NCBI GenBank assembly: GCA_045633025.1
Contig: JAZQXS010000159.1
Location: 1 to 56,381 of the forward strand
Reading direction: 5' to 3'
DNA: 56,381 nucleotides
From: Eubacteriales bacterium
GTDB taxonomy: Bacteria; Bacillota; Clostridia; Oscillospirales; CAG-272
Shown one piece after another: positions 53,911 to 56,381 of this stretch. The translations under genes and the position numbers were made by a program. The first letter of the stretch is position 1, and the number at the start of each line of letters is the position of its first letter. The notes beneath the pieces are model-generated. The model was given only the letters and a program-made list of their open reading frames with translations, was not told the DNA's origin and searched no databases.

Positions 53911-54332
53911 TGAAACGTCCCCCAGCCGTTGACGTCCCCCAAAAGCTCACAAACGTTGGCTATGTTCGTCGGCGTCGGCTTCCTCTCGGACAGCAGCACC
54001 TTGTGCGGTCTGCCCTGTGCTGGATCGCACGCGTAAAACGCAACGGTCCGAGCGTCGCACTCAAACATCCGTTTTCCGTCCTTATTCTTGGTGATGAGTA
54101 CGTGATAAGGCGCGTCCTTGTGGTAAACCGGTGGTAAACCATTGGTTGCCTTTTTCTCAGCCGTAGTATTCATGCCAAGCGATCTCTTGATGATTGCGTT
54201 TACGTTCAACGCCTGAATGATGTATTTTGCTACGTCCTCGTTGGTGCTGACTTCGATTCCGATAGGAGTCTGGTTCAGAATATCCTCCAGCTCCTCCACC
54301 GTGAAATCGTATTTGTTTTCAACTGCGATCAT
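53907..54332 (-). CDS. Hypothetical protein (141 aa)
   Basis: ORF in the operon, with a 4-nt overlap to the downstream gene. Confidence 0.55.
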   Translation of the reverse strand: MIAVENKYDFTVEELEDILNQTPIGIEVSTNEDVAKYIIQALNVNAIIKRSLGMNTTAEKKATNGLPPVYHKDAPYHVLITKNKDGKRMFECDARTVAFYACDPAQGRPHKVLLSERKPTPTNIANVCELLGDVNGWGTFQ

Positions 54333-54377
54333 TTTGCTTCTTTTTACCCCTTTCGTTTGGTTTTTGATGTTTTATCC

Positions 54378-55169
54378 TCAATCCGCAAGATGGTCGCTGA
54401 AGCTGCGATTGAGTGCCGCTTCAAACATATCATCTGTGTCAAATGAGTTTCCGAGTTCTCCAGCAATCGGAATATTGCTTTTGGGAACGCCTTTTTTTGT
54501 CTTTTCCCATGTAATGATAGCCGCTTTCCAGCTTTTCATTTTGTTTCTTCCTACGTACCACCCCTTGGATTCGTAAAAAGCGTAGAATGCTTCTGCGTCA
54601 ACCGCATTATTGCGTTCCCTACAGTATGCCTTGATCTCATCCAAGGACGGAACCACAAAGCGACTTCGCTTTTCTTCCTCCTCTCCCCTTGGGGGGGATT
54701 GGGGGGGAATATTAGTATTGGATTCTGTATTCGTATTGGATTGTATTGGATTATAGCCGCAATCTGCGGCAATTTGCGGCAGATTGTCAAAGTCAGAAAA
54801 AAATGCGGTTTTTTCGCGCGTATCTTCTTCTGATTTTTGCTCCGCTGGTGCCGGGAATTTAGGCTTAACGTCTCTTATTCTTTGGTGCTTGCCCCAAGTC
54901 GGGAACAAAAAGTAGGGCTTCCCGTCAATCTCGTAGAGGGAAACGCAGCCTTTTGCCGCCAAACCGTGAAGTGCGCCATCAATATCTTTAAGCGAAACTC
55001 TGTCACGCAACGGAAAAACCCGTCCTTTAATGATTGCGGGGCGGGCATCACCTCTCCCTGCATCATCTGCTTGTGTAATCAATCCTATCCACAGCCGAAA
55101 TTCAAAATCCGTAAGAGCCGATATTCGATCACTATCGCAAAGGCTCTCTTTTATAATTCTGTTCGGCAT
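54378..55169 (-). CDS. Phage replisome organiser / replication initiation protein
   Basis: N-terminus LTDFEFRLWIGLITQADDAGRGDARPAIIKGRVFPLR and C-terminus VPSLDEIKAYCRERNNAVDAEAFYAFYESKGWYVGRNKMKSWKAAIITWE. Confidence 0.7.
   Translation of the reverse strand: MPNRIIKESLCDSDRISALTDFEFRLWIGLITQADDAGRGDARPAIIKGRVFPLRDRVSLKDIDGALHGLAAKGCVSLYEIDGKPYFLFPTWGKHQRIRDVKPKFPAPAEQKSEEDTREKTAFFSDFDNLPQIAADCGYNPIQSNTNTESNTNIPPQSPPRGEEEEKRSRFVVPSLDEIKAYCRERNNAVDAEAFYAFYESKGWYVGRNKMKSWKAAIITWEKTKKGVPKSNIPIAGELGNSFDTDDMFEAALNRSFSDHLAD
54691..54787. repeat. Iteron-like repeats inside the replisome organiser gene (candidate ori)
   Basis: G7ATT/G7AAT at 54691-54710. GTATTGGATT three times (54715, 54733, 54743). 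Inverted repeat CAATCTGC...GCAGATTG just downstream. Confidence 0.4.
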
Positions 55170-55172
55170 ATT

Positions 55173-55430
55173 TTATTGTCCTTCCTTTGCCTTTTCCCCT
55201 TTCAGCCTGACCTCCACAAGATAGTCAGGCATATTCCAATTTACAACCTTCACGCGATCCAGTAATACCTGAATCGTGGAATTGGCTCTGCGCTCGTGCA
55301 GCACCAAGGACCAGATGCAGATGCCGCGCGCGTTTTTGGTGTAGACCAAGCTATGCGCGTAATAGATCCGTCCATCGTACTCGCACAGAGCCGACGTTTC
55401 AATGGCGAGCGACGCTTCCCTTAACGTCAA
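55173..55430 (-). CDS. Hypothetical protein (85 aa)
   Basis: ORF in the operon. Confidence 0.5.
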   Translation of the reverse strand: MTLREASLAIETSALCEYDGRIYYAHSLVYTKNARGICIWSLVLHERRANSTIQVLLDRVKVVNWNMPDYLVEVRLKGEKAKEGQ

Positions 55431-55444
55431 GAACCGTCACCCCC

Positions 55445-55774
55445 TTATACGCAGACGCTTCGGCGCGACGCAGTTTCAACCGAATCGAGTGTCGTGCTTC
55501 GCTTACGTTTGTTCGGAAAATACCGATAACCGGGATCGTTCGGGTCAATTCCCATGATGTCGAAATAGTCGAGCATATGGATCATTCCCTCCATGTTCAT
55601 GCGGAGCCAACCGCGCTGGACACGCAACTGGGATTTCCAGTTTTGGATCATTTGGCAAGCGGTCCCGTACTGCTTGTCGTAAAGCTCCATAATGTCTGTG
55701 ATATGCAAGGCTTCTTTTGAAAAGATCTCCTCGCGTCGTTTGTAATCCACGCTAATCCCCCTCTCCCGTGGCAT
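55445..55774 (-). CDS. Hypothetical protein (109 aa)
   Basis: ORF in the operon. Confidence 0.5.
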   Translation of the reverse strand: MPRERGISVDYKRREEIFSKEALHITDIMELYDKQYGTACQMIQNWKSQLRVQRGWLRMNMEGMIHMLDYFDIMGIDPNDPGYRYFPNKRKRSTTLDSVETASRRSVCV

Positions 55775-56102
55775 ATTTGAAGATGAGACCCTTTACCGTT
55801 TTGCATTCCCCACGGCAGCATTTCCGCACGGAAATGTCGGAAACGTTCTGATGCTTGGCGGCTTGCTTTGACGAGGTGTATCTGCCTATGTAATTGCCAT
55901 CAATGTCAAACACAAGCACGGGCTTGGTAGCGTATCGTTTTTCCTCCAGCTCCTCGGCAGCCCTTTCCGCCTTGAGCATACAGGTCCAGCTGCAAAGCTT
56001 TACCTTGTTATGAACATAGAGATGAAACGGTGCGGGAATGAAATTCTTGCCGCAAACGGGGCAACGATGGTCCATAAAGAAGGATTCATGCTCACAATCC
56101 AT
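55752..56102 (-). CDS. Zinc-ribbon plus NUMOD1-like DNA-binding protein (116 aa)
   Basis: GGGGAGGG RBS before the internal ATG at 56102. CPVCG motif. C-terminus PVLVFDIDGNYIGRYTSSKQAAKHQNVSDISVRKCCRGECKTVKGLIFKY. Confidence 0.55.
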   Translation of the reverse strand: MDCEHESFFMDHRCPVCGKNFIPAPFHLYVHNKVKLCSWTCMLKAERAAEELEEKRYATKPVLVFDIDGNYIGRYTSSKQAAKHQNVSDISVRKCCRGECKTVKGLIFKYATGEGD

Positions 56103-56226
56103 AGCGATCCCTCCCCTGTCCCGAAAGGTCCAGGATTCCCGCATCAACGGCTTCCCGTCGCCAATCGCAATCCGCGCCGACGAGCGTGGCAATCAGATTG
56201 AAGAAAAAGCCGAAAAACCTTTTCAT
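56092..56226 (-). CDS. Possible 44-aa peptide with a hydrophobic N-terminus
   Basis: ATGA coupling to the winged-helix gene stop. MKRFFGFFFNLIATLVGA... Confidence 0.25.
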   Translation of the reverse strand: MKRFFGFFFNLIATLVGADCDWRREAVDAGILDLSGQGRDRYGL

Positions 56227-56381
56227 GTAATCGCCCCCCTGATCCGCCAAACGGCTTCGGTTGCGTTGGAATGCGTGGCGGTTCTGCGTCCGCACGTCTC
56301 GACGATCCCGACGTCCTTCATCTCGGTAAGCCTGGGGGCGACGAAATTGCGGTTGAAATACGGGATCAGACCGACCTTAAC
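56223..56381 (-). CDS. C-terminal part of the winged-helix protein begun at 276-1 (split by the linearisation point)
   Basis: Same frame through the 141-bp overlap. Ends ...AVWRIRGAIT, with the stop at 56225-56223. Confidence 0.6.
   Translation of the reverse strand, partial: VKVGLIPYFNRNFVAPRLTEMKDVGIVETCGRRTATHSNATEAVWRIRGAIT
56241..56381. repeat. Terminal direct repeat, identical to 1-141
   Basis: Direct comparison of the two window ends. Confidence 0.95.

Larger units (their letters stand above)
1..56381. mobile_element. Complete circular temperate tailed-phage genome (unique length 56240 bp)
   Basis: The window has a terminal 141-bp overlap. It carries an integrase, an S24 repressor, terminase, portal, tape measure and a recombination module. 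Confidence 0.8.

Overview
The window appears to be one complete circular genome of a temperate tailed phage. Bases 1-141 are identical to 56241-56381, so the unique length is 56240 bp, and one gene is split across this junction. Strong AGGAGG-type ribosome-binding sites suggest a Bacillota-like host.

Layout:
- 1-6200: lysogeny/immunity region. It holds a cro-like HTH gene, a 1-kb non-coding gap, an S24 LexA/CI-type repressor, a second HTH gene, a membrane-anchored Mrr-like nuclease, an HTH/coiled-coil protein and a tyrosine integrase with a putative attP.
- 6195-8545: a cysteine desulfurase gene with its own structured leader, then about 0.9 kb of unusual non-coding DNA.
- 8546-13410: a plus-strand gene island with a large LPD-like protein, a DenV-like glycosylase and a second tyrosine recombinase.
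- 13441-41006 (minus strand): late/structural operon, running from the candidate small terminase at 41006 through large terminase, portal, protease/scaffold, capsid and tape measure to the tail fibre at 13441.
- 41241-56381 (minus strand, continuing into 1-485): early operon. It encodes a replisome organiser, Lar, a C5 and an N6/N4 DNA methyltransferase, SSB, a YqaJ exonuclease, RecT, a GIY-YIG nuclease and a diversity-generating retroelement (DGR).

Most notable observations:
1. Two tandem, homologous RNA-like elements of about 345 nt lie inside the immunity switch. Each is closed by a perfect 19-20 bp long-range helix whose sequence differs completely between the copies. I cannot assign them to a known RNA family.
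2. The DGR is complete (RT, Avd, a 67-nt TR and two VRs). It diversifies two small proteins without signal peptides in the early operon, not the tail fibre. One VR is a codon shorter than the TR.
3. The octamer CAGAACAG occurs 19 times on one strand within 4.5 kb, in all three reading frames and in intergenic DNA.
4. A promoter-then-terminator arrangement sits in front of the late operon.
5. Iteron-like repeats lie inside the replisome-organiser gene.

All functional calls come from reading motifs by eye. No database search was run.
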